Source of the DNA: Octopus vulgaris
Taxonomy: Eukaryota
NCBI GenBank assembly: GCA_951406725.2
Contig: OX597819.1
Span: 63,984,001-64,048,000, forward strand
Reading direction: 5' to 3'
Length of the DNA: 64,000 bases
Shown piece after piece: positions 30,727 to 44,264 of the stretch. The notes under the pieces were generated by a model. That model worked only from the letters and a program-made list of their open reading frames with translations. It had not been told where the DNA came from and ran no database searches. Made by a program: the position numbers and the translations under genes. Within the stretch, counting starts at the first letter, position 1. Each line of letters begins with the position of its first letter.

Positions 30727-32362
30727 TACTTTCACAGACAAAAGTTTGTATGTCTGTGCGTGTATATATTTCTTTTTATTGAAAGTAAATAACTTTGTTG
30801 ACGATGCTAACCCTTTCAGAAATGCTGAAAACATCTTTAATCTTTCAATATTTCACATATTTATCCAACTAGGCGCATTGGTTGAAAGAAAACCCATTTA
30901 AGCGGGTATATCAATCAATTCGTTCACAGAGATTGTACTCTGGGTTAAGGAAAGATATAACACGGACACATGAACGATCGTTGTACAAATAGAGAGTTCA
31001 TTTAATAATATAATATTATCATGTGGAGAAATTATACTTATATGGGTGAATATCAGAAATGCGCGACATCCCAGTTTCTCTGAAAATTGACAAATAGGAT
31101 CAGTTATTAATTCCGGAATGTGACTAACAGTCAAATCGTCTCATATCCATCCTCTTGCTTCGTATGTCTTTAACGTAATTTGAATCTACGAAACCCAAAT
31201 ATCATCCCATTCTGCAAAACCAAAAATTAAGTTCCTCATTATTATCAAACACTTTTGGTTCCCTACATTAAGTGCGTCCTGCAGTGTAATTAGTTGAGGA
31301 GAATTACTTCAGTAATTAATAAGATCGTTAATTGCAATGTGAATCTTTTATCTAATAATTGCTCGCCAATAGAAAATAGGATAAAAAATATGTTATATGT
31401 AAACATATGACGCCTGTGCCAAAATAGGCTTACTACATGATTAGCAGATATTTTCCAGATACCCACTAAAAAATTTTGAACAAGATATATACAAAACAAA
31501 GCTAAATGTAAATGTACAATATATTCAGTGACAATAAATTTTGTAATAGAAAATTTGAGTAAGTAAAACATGACGGAATTGCTGAGGACCTCAAATGAAA
31601 TTTCCTAGAAATTGCTGTTTTTTATTTTCTGCAGATAGTCCTGCAAACACCTACTATAATTCCATGTCATTTATTCGAAAAGTAACTGGCACCTGTGAAA
31701 AAGACTCCCCATCACAAAAACTGCACAATTCTCTAGCATATTTCAAATACGTCTGAATAAAGGAGGTGTGGAAAAAAAGTACAAAATACAGAGCTGTGGT
31801 GAATAACAAAAAAAAATAACGGATCACAAGATAGGTATTATTACATATCAATCATATAAATGAAATGACTATCAATTTCTCTTTTCTTTGAAGGTAAATT
31901 TTGACAGTGGTGATTGGCAACTGCCCAATTGCGAAAAAGCTCATCAGGAATAAATTCATTCATTGAGCCGTTGTGAATTATTCTTTGTTCTGTGTGAGAC
32001 AATTACCAGCGAGAAATCATTTTACAGAATTATAGATCGCTATTAGTTATGTTGTTTACATTACATGAGGTGGACTGATTAAATATCAAATCTATATAAA
32101 ATATTATCTGCCATATGATGAGTAACTTTGGAAGTAAAACTTTGCCACTGTGGCCCAAAAATAGCAAGATATAGAGTATACATAAAATAATTTCGTTTTT
32201 GTCAAATTTCTTGGTGCTTGAGTAAAACTAATAAAAGCAACACATGTCGCAAAATTTAAAACAATCAATACTGAAAAAGTAAGAAACAATGGTGAATCCT
32301 TATCCAAGTTGATTTTTATTACAGAACCTTACATCCTCTCTCTTCTCCGGTTTGTCTATCTA

Positions 32363-32393
<31 letters not shown>

Positions 32394-32414
32394 ATAGAAA
32401 TTCATATTTCTAAA

Positions 32415-32800
32415 TCTCTCTAGAGGAGACTACAGCAGCAGTACTGGATATTAATAGTTATTACCAATCTAACATTGCAGTCCAGAAAAATAGGACGAAT
32501 GCTGCCGTAGTCTCCTTTAGGGAGATTCAGAAATTGTAATATTTCTATTTTTGAAAACCAGTGGATGTATTCCACGGAATATAGGTAAATAAACCTTCGA
32601 ACAGACGGTCAGCAGTGACGCCTGCTGGGTTCGGCTACTCCAAATTGGAGCAAATAGCCCGAAAATAGTCTGTGGTTGTTGAACCAGGAAGTGGAAGCTG
32701 CTGACCTCCCCTGTTCGAATGTTGTAATGGATTGGCCACTTGGAGCTAACCAACGGCAACATTGGTCCTATTTTCGTGGACTACCATTTTAGCTTGGCGA
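32415..32800. repeat. Second copy of the 6475-6810 repeat, with inverted ~50 bp segments
   Basis: 32462-32510 is inverted relative to 32752-32800; the body is the reverse complement of 6520-6735; flanked by (TA)n. Confidence 0.7.
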
Positions 32801-32869
32801 TATATATATATATAAATCCTTAAAATCCTTTAAAATATTTTAGCCCGAAGGCCGCGGCCATGCTGGGCA

Positions 32870-32910
<41 letters not shown>

Positions 32911-32911
<1 letters not shown>

Positions 32912-33415
32912 CTCCAGTTTTCGCAAACTCAGTATGGGGATACTTCGAACAAAACCTATAAATAGAAGAGAACTACGACATGACTTTTAGAAGACATATA
33001 AAGGACACATGGAAAAAGTACCTCGATGATTGTTTTCTAATTTGGATCAAATCCCAGGACAATCTGTATGAATTCATCCCCCTCCTCAACAATCTACATC
33101 CTAGTCTCAAATGCACAAGAAAAATGAGCAACACACAATTACCATGTCTTGACATAATGGTGATTAAAAAGAACACCACAATCACAACTAATATTTATTA
33201 CAAAAGCACAGATACACACAAGTACATAAATTTCAAATAATGTCACCCAGCAGGCAAGAAGGAAAATTTGTACTATAGTAGATGATCTAAATACAGGGAG
33301 CATACGACGTATAAAATTCCCAGGATTTCTGCTAAAGCAAAATTACTCTCTCCTACTTATAGAAAATAGCATACAAGAAGCAAAAGAGATACGTTTAGAA
33401 GAACTTAGGACAACG
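32911..33415 (+). pseudogene. Penelope-like element reverse transcriptase fragment
   Basis: APVFAN..GYFE, WKKYLDDCFLIW, LNNLHPSLKCT, LPCLDI, IYYKSTDTHKYINF*CHP, all characteristic PLE RT motifs. Confidence 0.88.
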
Positions 33416-33699
33416 CAATGCAGCCGGAGACGACCGCCAAAGCTCGACGCAACTCCCTTGTGGCCGCCGCCTTCACGCCGCCGTTCCTTCCCTCCTCGTC
33501 TACGTACGGGCCGGACCACGCGGAACCGTCACGCTTCTAAGTCACCGTCGCAACCCAAGGGGGTCCAGACTACATTAAGGGGTACGAGCCGGCGGGTGTA
33601 TGTCTTCGGCTTCTGCAGCGATGCAACCAGAGACGACCGCCAAAGCCGCCGCCTTCATGCCGCCGTCTCCACGCCACCGTCCGTTCCCTCCTCGTCTAT

Positions 33700-33790
<91 letters not shown>

Positions 33791-34959
33791 TGTAGATATA
33801 TATATCGATATATACTTCGTCCACTCCTCCGTTGTCTCTATGATGTTATTATACTCTCCGTGAGTAAGTAGCCTTCATTCACCTGCTCGTGCACCGATCA
33901 TCCCTCTCCTTTGTTAACTCTCTCGCCTATCTCTTTTTCCTGCTGCACCATTCCCACACGTTGGCTGATATCCCCATCATGACTGCAGAAACCAACCAAC
34001 CAACCAACCAACATTTATATGGGTTATAATTATTTAGATATTATTCATTAAGCAACGATTTTACTTCAATATAGTATCATCTACAAAAGAAAACATGCAA
34101 CAGGTATCATAATAGTGGGATGAATGTAAATAAATGTCTTTTTTCCCTGTGGAAAAAAAAAGATTTGTCAAACTTAATTTGATAACCATTAGAGGTAGAG
34201 CATCAATTGGTGTCTTGAAGAGAGAAATATTGACAACATAGCCATAGGTAATTGATTTAACCGATTAGCTCTAAACGTACGAAACGTTAGCATAAGCAAT
34301 TTGCTTCTATATAACTATATGGTTTGTCATCGTTCTGTTCTTTAGACGGTTATTTATTTATTAAACAGTATAATGTTTATGCATAAAGCAGCATCTATTT
34401 GGAGGCTCCATCATTTCTTTCACGAATTCAAGAATATATTTGGAATATATTTACATTCTAATGCATAATTAATGTATATAATGGTAATTACAATTATATA
34501 TATTTAATTTCACAGTAAAAGCTTTCTCGTGTATTTATACTTAATTTAACGTATCTGATTCACACTGTTTTTCGCATAAATTTATATTGATATTTATTGT
34601 TTAGTTAAAGCAACCTTCTGAAACATCGTATAGTATGTTAGGTATCTTGTAAAGTAGCAACTGATATAAAAGCAAATTTTCTATACTCATGTCTTCTCTG
34701 ATGATCTCTGAACCATTCTTGTAGCTTATCTGAAGACGCTCACGGCATATATTTCCCCCCAAATGCGAAGGCATAAAGTAAAATTTATTTGCATTGTTGT
34801 ACTTAATTAATACATACAAATGTACTTATGATTATGTATAATTAATCTCACTAGAAAAATGCTTTGTAACAGTTTGCAATTTAATTCAGTTCGTTTAGTT
34901 CACGCTGAGCTATGCTAAATAATTTACTGACACACATATGCGCGCGCGAAAACACACAC

Positions 34960-35182
34960 AAATTGGTTTCAAATTCTGGGAAAGCGTCAGCAGTTTCAGT
35001 TTACAAGGGAATTCGATTAAAGACGACTCCAGTACTTAACTGGTGGTTATTTTCTCGTTTCTGGAAGTGTGAATGGCTTAGGTGGCCACTTGCTGTATAA
35101 TTTGAATTAAGAACTTGAAGACAGTTGAAATGCCACTAAGTATTTTCTCCAGCAAGCTAACGACTCTGCTAGTTCACCACCT
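34960..35182 (-). mobile_element. Degenerate SINE family C
   Basis: GCTAACGACTCTGCTAGTTCACCACC is the reverse complement of the family head; the body is degenerate. Confidence 0.55.
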
Positions 35183-35293
35183 TCACAGGTGTATAACACA
35201 CGCGCACGCACGCATACACACACACACACATACACACACACGCAAACACACACACACACACACTAATATAGAGTTTCGTTTAGAATCTAAACC

Positions 35294-35338
35294 AAAACTT
35301 CTGACGAACGGGAATGTGAAGCTCTGAGTAACAGTTTG
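35294..35338 (+). ncRNA. Minimal hammerhead motif, same family as the 8731-8878 palindrome
   Basis: AAAACUU-CUGACGA-ACG-GGAA-UGU-GAAG-CUC-U-GAG-UA^ACAGUUU; one core change (GAAG). Confidence 0.6.
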
Positions 35339-35342
35339 TGTG

Positions 35343-35374
<32 letters not shown>

Positions 35375-36189
35375 ATCACACAAATTGTTATATAATTATA
35401 TATATATTAGTTCCAAATTTTGTCATGGGGCCAGCAATGTCGTGGGAAGTGATAAATCGATTGCATCGACCCTAGTGCTTAGCTGGTACTTATGTTATCG
35501 AACTCATGACATCACGATCGTGAGCTGAATACCTAAATGCTATGCCACACGCCGTCACTCGGATATATATATATATACATCGAACTACGAGATACTTTCT
35601 AATATAATCATATTAATGTATGCTAATGGTGTGCAGAGAGGTTACGTTTGAAGAGCAGGCAAGAATATAACAATAGGCGGTAAGATTTTCGAGAAAAGAT
35701 TTGAGATGATGAATAAATTTCAAAATATCTCATATAATAAAGATTCAACATGTTACATAATTTCAAAACACAATATAATAACTCGGAATGAAAATGAAGT
35801 GTGCTTACGTATACTACTATATACACCGTTAAAGTATTTGTAGAATATTACCTTTAGATACAGAATCATTACAAATTATTATATTTGGAATATTAAATAA
35901 ATATTCGGTTATGAAAAAAGACAAATTTTTATTTATCGTGTAGTAATGTTTAAGAATACAGGGTGGATTTAGCCTTTTCTTTCATTTGATGAGTCTCTAT
36001 CGCTTGTGAAATGATTCTCCACTATTCATTTATACGTGATATAATAGTTTAGAGAATTGCAATAATTATCATATACATAAAATCATCCTTAGGCCATTGT
36101 TATCTAAGATTTATCGAGAGCAATTAAGTGTTATTCACGATAGCAAACGGCTAGAGTTATATGGATTTATTAATTTAGCTTCTAATGTG

Positions 36190-36251
<62 letters not shown>

Positions 36252-36271
36252 TACATACATATATATATATG

Positions 36272-36315
<44 letters not shown>

Positions 36316-36691
36316 GGTACATGTATATGCAAATGTTTATATTTGTATATATGTATGCGTATATATGACATATATTCATTAAGTTGTCAAATTATGTTTT
36401 GTTTTCTGGGGGAGAGTTGTTAGACTTTTCGGTAACAACTGTTTTTAGAATTTTATATGTAATTTTAAATGGATTAAATATTGAAATAAATTAGATATTT
36501 TTCAATATGCAGAGCAATTTTAAGAGTAGAGGAAAAAAAAGAAATGTGAGGTATCTTGTTTGATTGAATAAGGTAACAACATTGACTGAATAAAACACTA
36601 CGTAGTAAATATGATATAATAAGGTGTAACATTTCTTGACGAGCTTAAATGAATATTTATGAAGATGGATGCTTTAAAATATTGAGTAATA

Positions 36692-36830
36692 TTTCAATAT
36701 TATTAATATTAGAATATTAGGCAGTGTTTCAATATTATTAATATTAGAATATTAGGCAGTGTTTCAATGTTATTAATATTACAATAATTTTAATATTACT
36801 ATATTATTAATATTACAATATTAAGCAATG
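36692..36830. repeat. 35 bp AT-rich minisatellite
   Basis: TTTCAATATTATTAATATTAGAATATTAGGCAGTG twice, plus degenerate units. Confidence 0.8.
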
Positions 36831-37189
36831 TTACTTGCATGTCTTATAAGTAATGGGAAGTGAGTTGATTGCAATGGTCTACCAAACTGACCGAATCAAC
36901 CCGGCATTCTTGGGCTGTTCGCCTGGGTAGAGTCATGAGGCACTTAATTTACAGTGTCCTTTCAGTAGGAACCAGCCTTAAGTTTTCCAGCTGGATTCCC
37001 AAACATGACTAAGTGTGGCTATAGTTATTGATCTACCCCTAAGCTTCCAGCCGGTTGGCATGACTTGGAGAGTCCGTTTTGAGATTTTTTCCTGCGACGC
37101 TCTAATGACATGATCCGAAAATGTTAGAGGTGCTTTCCCAAATATTTAATTTTCAAATAACCCTAACACGCTGGCAAGAGGGAGCAAAG

Positions 37190-37372
37190 CTACATCCCCC
37201 TGAGAACGGAACACCAGGTCTGTCGCAGAGTTATCCATTTATTGATGACTGAACTCTGCAGCACCGTAAAGTGATGCGGTTTTGCTTATGCACACAACGT
37301 TCAGCTGCTCTAGCCTTCGGAACCACGATAACGCGGTCACAAGTCCAACACCCTCACCACTATATATATGAG
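37190..37372 (-). mobile_element. Old degenerate tRNA-derived SINE
   Basis: Reverse complement GTGGTGAGGGTGTTGGACT...GTGGTTCCGAAG head and CTGCGACAGACCTGGTGTTCCGTTCTCAGGGGG, similar to the 3' module of 28114. Confidence 0.45.
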
Positions 37373-38309
37373 TGAGACTGTCTGTGGGCGTCTGTATATG
37401 TACGTGTGCGTGTGCGTCGGTGTGTGTGTTTGAGTGTGAGTCTGTATGAAAATGCGAGTGAGTCTATATATCATTGTGAACGTAAACTTTACAATAATCT
37501 GATACTTAGAAATATATATATATACTTTCATACATACAGCCATATTTATGCATATATATATTTGTGTACATGTATATTTACGCTGTTTAGGCTCTGAAAT
37601 ATAGAAATAAGATATATTATATGACACATCACAATGTCACATATACCCATGCACATGTGCAAGGATATCCACCAATCTGCTTATATTACATGTCAAAATG
37701 CATACGTAAGCAGCATACACACATACATAAGCACATACATATACCCACACATATCAGCAATATCTTGAATAAGCTTCTGTGCAATATTTTATCACATTTT
37801 CTGCGGCACATGATTCCTTTCAATCCAAGAATTGCACGTATGCAATAAAACTACAAATGCTTAATCCAAATCTCATCACAATTTCTTGCTTCTCTTGTTA
37901 CATGTTGACATGAATCTTATTCCTGTTTCACGGCTTCTAAATATTAATTAGAAAATGATAAAATGCCATTGCACTGGAAAATGTAAAGACTTTGATAACT
38001 TGCTAATGCATTTCGTGTATATATTCGGATAAATTTCTTTTAATGTTATTGCCAAACACAAAGCTGCTTTTTGAAACATTCCGTATCTAGAAACAAATCG
38101 GTACGGTTGTACTCCCGTCTCTTTCCGTTCTGTGTTCAAATATCACCGGGGCTTTCCGAGTCGAGAAAATAAAATTCTTACTTGGTCCTGGAATCAATAA
38201 TATCAACTGATCTCACTCCTATAGAAATTGCTGGTTACTTGTGTGCCAAGGTAAGAAACCATTGTTTGTGCTGTTGTTGTTATAGTAATCCTCTAAAGCT
38301 TTAAGGCGT

Positions 38310-38455
38310 ATTGCTGGCAGAATGGTTATCATTCTGGACAAAATGCATTGAGGCATTTCGTTCGTCCTTCTGTTTTGAATGAAATTCCGCTGAGGCCAAC
38401 TTTGTCCTTCATTCTTTCGAGATCATTAAACTACGTACCAGTTTAGCACCAGTTT
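38310..38455 (+). mobile_element. Degenerate SINE family C
   Basis: GCTGGCAGAATGGTTA...AAATTCCGCTGAGGCCAACTTTGTCCTTCATTCTTTCG. Confidence 0.65.
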
Positions 38456-38667
38456 TACCTGCTCATGTAGTCAACATATTTCGCTGAAAGTTTCTAACAT
38501 GCAATAGCTATTTTATCATTTCTTTCAGGCAGAATTACTAAAAAGAAGCTGAGGTTGTGTTTTGTTTGTACATTCTGGATATAAGACCATGGCAGGAAAC
38601 AATGCAAGAAAGAAATCATCGCCACAGAAGAATTCAAATGATGTGGCACAAACTGCTGTAATTTTAG

Positions 38668-39461
38668 TATTGAGAGCGCAGTCACAATGCAAGCAAAAAT
38701 GGTCTCCTATGTCACTGACTATACAATTGTTCCTCAGAAAATGACGCCAGACACGGGGTAGAACATTGACAAAGAAGTGATTTTAACTTTCTCTGTTTTA
38801 ACGACAAATGAGAGAAAATATGAGCCACAATCTGAAACGTTTCTTCAATTATCGGACACTGCTATCCACAAGACCTGACATAAGCGAGCAGCAACATATT
38901 TATTCTATGAACTTGTGGATGTAGAGAGATGACTGCAAGCGAGTAGAAAAGGAAAAATAAAGCAATGAGACAAGCTGAAACAGAAAACGGAGCTGGCGTC
39001 ACCTTTGAATAGATATACAACTTAAAAATGGAGTAACTGAGAATTTTTGGTTTAGATTAAGTTAGAATTACATCGGTAGAGAAGTAGGCAAGTACGTGTG
39101 TGCTGATTGAATATGAAATCGATGGTAAATCCAATAAAAATGAAGTAGTACTGTATATATGAGTATCAGCCAGCCTGCATTAACACTATAATGTGTTAGA
39201 AATCAGGAAATATCTTCAAGTATCAGCGACTAACTCGCTAGGGGAAGAGTTAAATTATTTGACATCTTACATTGGTATTACATTTGAGCACCATCTAGTA
39301 TTACATATACATACACCAGGCGTGCACAAACACACACACACACACACATAAATATATCCCTATATTTATAAGTGTATGTGTGTGTGCGTGTACACAAGTG
39401 GACACATATGTGCAAAAGAAGGTGGGAAAAATAGATGAATGATTATACACACACACACATA

Positions 39462-39509
<48 letters not shown>

Positions 39510-39520
39510 TACACACACAC

Positions 39521-39564
<44 letters not shown>

Positions 39565-40305
39565 ATAATATATGTGTGTGTGCGCGCGTGTGTGTGTGTG
39601 TGTGTGTGTAATAAAAGGTATATACCGCTACTTTTGGTATTCAAGCACCATATTTTCCGCCTTGTTTTGTACTTATGTTCTCAATTGTCTGTACAAAAAC
39701 ACGCGCGCGCGCAGACGCTCAAACACACACATACACACACACGCATACACACAGATATACATTTGTATATATAGAGATATATTTGTGCGTGTGCGTGTTT
39801 GTGCACGCGTGGTGTATGTATACGTAATAGTAGATGGTGCTCAAATCAAATAACATATTTGAGAATGCTGAATATTTGTAAAATGTCAAATGGTTTAATT
39901 CTTCCCCTAACGAGTCTGTCGCTTATACTTGAGGATATTTCATGATCTCTAACACATTATAGTGTTAATGGAGACTGGCTGATATTTATATATACAGTAC
40001 TACTTCATTTTTTATATGATTTATCATCGATTTCCTATTCAATCAGTAAGCTCGTACTTGCCAACTTTTCTACCGATGTAATTCTAACTTAATCTAACCC
40101 AAAAGTTATCAGTTACTCCATTGGGGTTGTATATCTATTCATAGGCTTACGAGTGGCTGTGGGGTAAGTGACTTACTTACGAACCACATGGTTCCGGGTT
40201 CAGTCCCACTGCGTGACATCTTGAGCAAGTGCCTTCTACCATAGCCTCGGGCCGACCAAAGCCTTGTGAATGGATTTGGTAGACGAAAACTGAAAGAAGC
40301 CCGTC

Positions 40306-40350
<45 letters not shown>

Positions 40351-40918
40351 TATATGTATGTATGTATGTGTGTGTATATGTTTGTGTGTCTGTGTTTGTC
40401 TCCCCAACATCGCTTGACAACTGATGCTGGTGTGTTTACGTCCCCGCAACTTAGCGGTTTGGCGAAAGAAACCGACAGTATAAGTACTAGGCTTACAAAG
40501 AATAAGTCTTGGGGTCCATTTGCTGGACTAAAGGCGGTGCGACAGCATGGCCAGTGTCAAGTGACTGAAACAAGTAAAAGAGTAAAAGAGTAAAAGTGAC
40601 GCCAGCTTCGTTTTCCGTTTCAGCTTGTCTCATTGCTTTATCTTTCCTCTTCAACTCGCTTGCAGTCATCTCTCTACCACCAAAAGTTCATAGAATAAAT
40701 ATGTTGCCGCTAGCTCATGTCCGGTCTAGTCGATAGTAGTGTCCGATAAGTGAGGAAACGTTTCTGATTGTCGCTCGTATTTTCTCTCATTCGTCGTTAA
40801 CATTGAGAAAGTTAAAATCACTTCGCCAATATTCTACATCGGTGTCATTATCTGAGGAGCAATTGTATAGTCAGTGGCATAGAAGACCATCTGTGTTTGC
40901 ATTGTAAATGCGTTCTCA

Positions 40919-40921
<3 letters not shown>
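38668..40921. repeat. Large diverged palindrome: arms 38668-39432 and 39650-40921 (right arm interrupted by a SINE)
   Basis: For example, GCAATGAGACAAGCTGAAAC, AAAAATGAAGTAGTACTGTATATAT and CATTAACACTATAATGTGTTAGA in the left arm all occur as reverse complements, colinearly, in the right arm. Confidence 0.9.
40144..40592 (+). mobile_element. Full-length SINE family A inserted in the right palindrome arm
   Basis: Colinear with the 28830 copy; the empty site is visible in the left arm near 38995-39020. Confidence 0.92.
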
Positions 40922-40956
<35 letters not shown>

Positions 40957-41243
40957 TCCTAGAGAAACTTTTAAAACCTTGAAGCACACTTCTCCCGTGA
41001 AGTGGCATCGTTACTCTCTCTTCTCCTTCTCAGTAGACTCTCTCTCTCCTATTCTTACCCAGAAAGCAACAGTAGGTGGCAGTACCAATTTCCGTCATAT
41101 AATTTGTCTTACGTCATTGAAAAGATGACTTAAGTATTGAAAAATAAATATGCTTGTTCATCAAATTAATTCACATCAAACTATAACATATTTTCTCATG
41201 TTCTTTGCTACAACTGCAGAAGGTAATCAACAGGCTCAGTAAA

Positions 41244-41312
<69 letters not shown>

Positions 41313-41527
41313 ACGTGGGCATGTGCGTGCGAGTTTGTATTGTGTGAGTGAGCATGTTTGTACGTGTGTGTATGTGAAAGTGTACATGTATGTGCGCGTG
41401 TGTATGCATGTACATATGTGCATTTGCAAGTATTTCCAATGAGATGTTTTGCCTTTTGCAGTAGAAGCCTTGTAGCCAATAAAGAAATGTTTAATATTAT
41501 CATCATTATCGTTATAACAGTTAACTA

Positions 41528-41528
41528 A

Positions 41529-41580
<52 letters not shown>

Positions 41581-41815
41581 GTAGTAGTAGTAGTAGTATC
41601 TGTTGTAACAATATTAACAGCAGCAGTAATAGTAATAGTACTAGCAGCACTGTTATTATTATTATTATTATATTATTTTTAGTAGTAGTAGTAGTAGTTG
41701 TAGTAGTAGTAGCAACAGTAGTACCAGCAGCAGTACTAGAAGTAGTATTTGTAGTTGTAATAGCAGTAATAATAGTGGTAGTAGTAGGAGGGGAGGAGGA
41801 GCAGCAGCAGTAGCT
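41528..41815. repeat. (CTA)n/(TAG)n/(CAG)n compound trinucleotide tract
   Basis: Directly visible; (CTA)n abuts (TAG)n. Confidence 0.9.
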
Positions 41816-42813
41816 GAAGTAGTTTTTCGCAGTACTAGTAGAAATTCGTTTTAACAAATATTAATCTCGAGTAAACAAATAGGCTTAAAAACAATCAAAA
41901 AGAAAGAAGGCCAGATATAAAGAGTAAAATTAAAGAAAGCAATAGAAAACCGACCACGGAAGAAATAATTGAACGAATAGACAAAAGGAAATGATCATAA
42001 AATGATGTTTTACACAAACAAATAAATGCATTAATTAATTAAATTTATATAAAAAAAAAAAAGAATTAAGAATATCAGCCAAAGAAAAGAAAATACAACT
42101 ATACAAATATTAAAACAAGGGAAATAAACAAAAACGGAACAAACAAAATTAATTAAGAAGTGAGAATAAAAAAATCAATAAAGGCAAAATTAAATATAAA
42201 GTAAAATAAATTAAAAATGGTAAATCAATAATACAGAAATATACAGAAAGCTTATCCAGCCTCGGATAGCTATTGATTAGATTTTAAATTAATTAACAAA
42301 ATTTAACTTCTCAAATTTTGAGGTTATCATCGGGGTTGCTTTAATGAAACAAAATGTCGGTGAATATCTCACTATCTAATCTTTGGTGCACAGCTATGTT
42401 TTATGATATATATTCATGCGCATACGCATGGCTTTGTGGTTAACAATCTACATCTGTGAGTTAGTATATAAATGCATATACACACGTACTGATATACACA
42501 CAGATATCTATCAATCTATCTGGCTGTCTTTCTCTCCTTAGGGATCAGTATATGTATATGTATATATATATATACATATACAGATATATACACACACACA
42601 CACACGCACACATATATATATATATAATTATATACATTCATGCATATATACACACACCCCTATAAATCTACATATATATGCGCAGATGTATACATACATA
42701 TCCATATATATATATATATATATACATATATATATACATATATATATATACATAAATATATATGCATATATATATATATATATATATATGTGTATACTTA
42801 TTATATATGTATG

Positions 42814-42866
<53 letters not shown>

Positions 42867-44143
42867 GTATGCATGTGTGTATGCTATATTCAGTGCAAAT
42901 CCCCCAAATTCAACTGGAGGATTGAGATCGATAGATGGAAATACAGGTGAGCAATCACCCCGTATGCCTATCCAGAAGTCACCAATATGAATTTGATATC
43001 GTCCCGTCTAGTAAGGGTTTAGGTATCCTAAATCAATAACGGATTATTAGCAATTATATGGCTACGAGTTTTACAGTCCATTGAGAAGTATTGTTTGTGT
43101 AATACTTGTTAAATTTTTACTGTTTATCGGTCGCCAGCCTTAGCTTTTTGATTGTATTTTTAACAGTCTCTTTGTAGCGGCTTTAATTTTAGGAAAAAGT
43201 ATATTACATGCTTACATGCACAAACACATATCTGTGTGAGTGAGTCAGTGTGTGTATCTGTGTGTATGGATATGTGTGTGTCTCTGTATGAACAAATACA
43301 GTGGCTAAGGAATATTCCTTGGTGACCGTATAATTCGTAGAGTGAGAAAAATATGAACTTTCGCCTCTCGGGAAATATCCTTCAACGTCAGATAGAAAAG
43401 CAAAACCCCACACCTTTCTACACTGTTGATCATAACCCTGACATTGATGCTTTCTACAGCTTGTCGATTGTCTCATTAGACTTACAAAAATTTATGCATT
43501 TACAATGTGTAAAACCGCTATAAGTATACCAACCAGACCTGATGAACCGCGCAACATAAACTTTGACTCCTCACCAACCGGAGTTATATCATTAGCTGAA
43601 AATAGGTACTGACTTTGTTAATATCTACTCTAATTCTGTACGCGAGCGTATGTGTTCAAAACCACGCGTGTATGTGTGCTTGTCTGTGTGTCCGTATGTT
43701 ACATCTGCTTTTTTAACTGTCTTTTTATATCTGATAATTGTTATGGATTTTCTATTAGAATGAAGCTGTATGACTAAATTTGCAATTTCTATATACGTAG
43801 AGTGAAAAGAAATCTTGCAAAACGGCGTTTAGTATAATGAGATACCTATTGAAATCACTTGAAGAGACACATCTAGACAGTGTGATTCAGCTAAACCGGA
43901 TGTCAGAATTTTCTTTGCGCAGGATCCATGTAAGATGGGTCGAAACCGTTGTAGTGATCCATAAAAATTCTAATATGATCCACATTTACGCCCCTCTCAT
44001 TAATGAAACTCCCAACAAAAAACTATGAAACTGAACGTGATTTATCTACAAATTACTCAGCATACACCATACGATTTATTAACTAGTAATAATAAAAATA
44101 AAAATAACAATAATAATAATAGAATAACAACAACAACAACAAC

Positions 44144-44259
<116 letters not shown>

Positions 44260-44264
44260 TAAAG

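Noticed and set aside
41528-41600. (CTA)n/(TAG)n hairpin as a functional or telomeric structure
   Set aside because: A simple microsatellite strand switch; not a TTAGGG-type repeat.
43915-43960. Hammerhead-like GATCCAT/ATGGGTC-GAAAC; also partial motifs at 29-42, 43538, 52230-52275 and 60443
   Set aside because: Only half of the core is present in each, so they are at best decayed relics.
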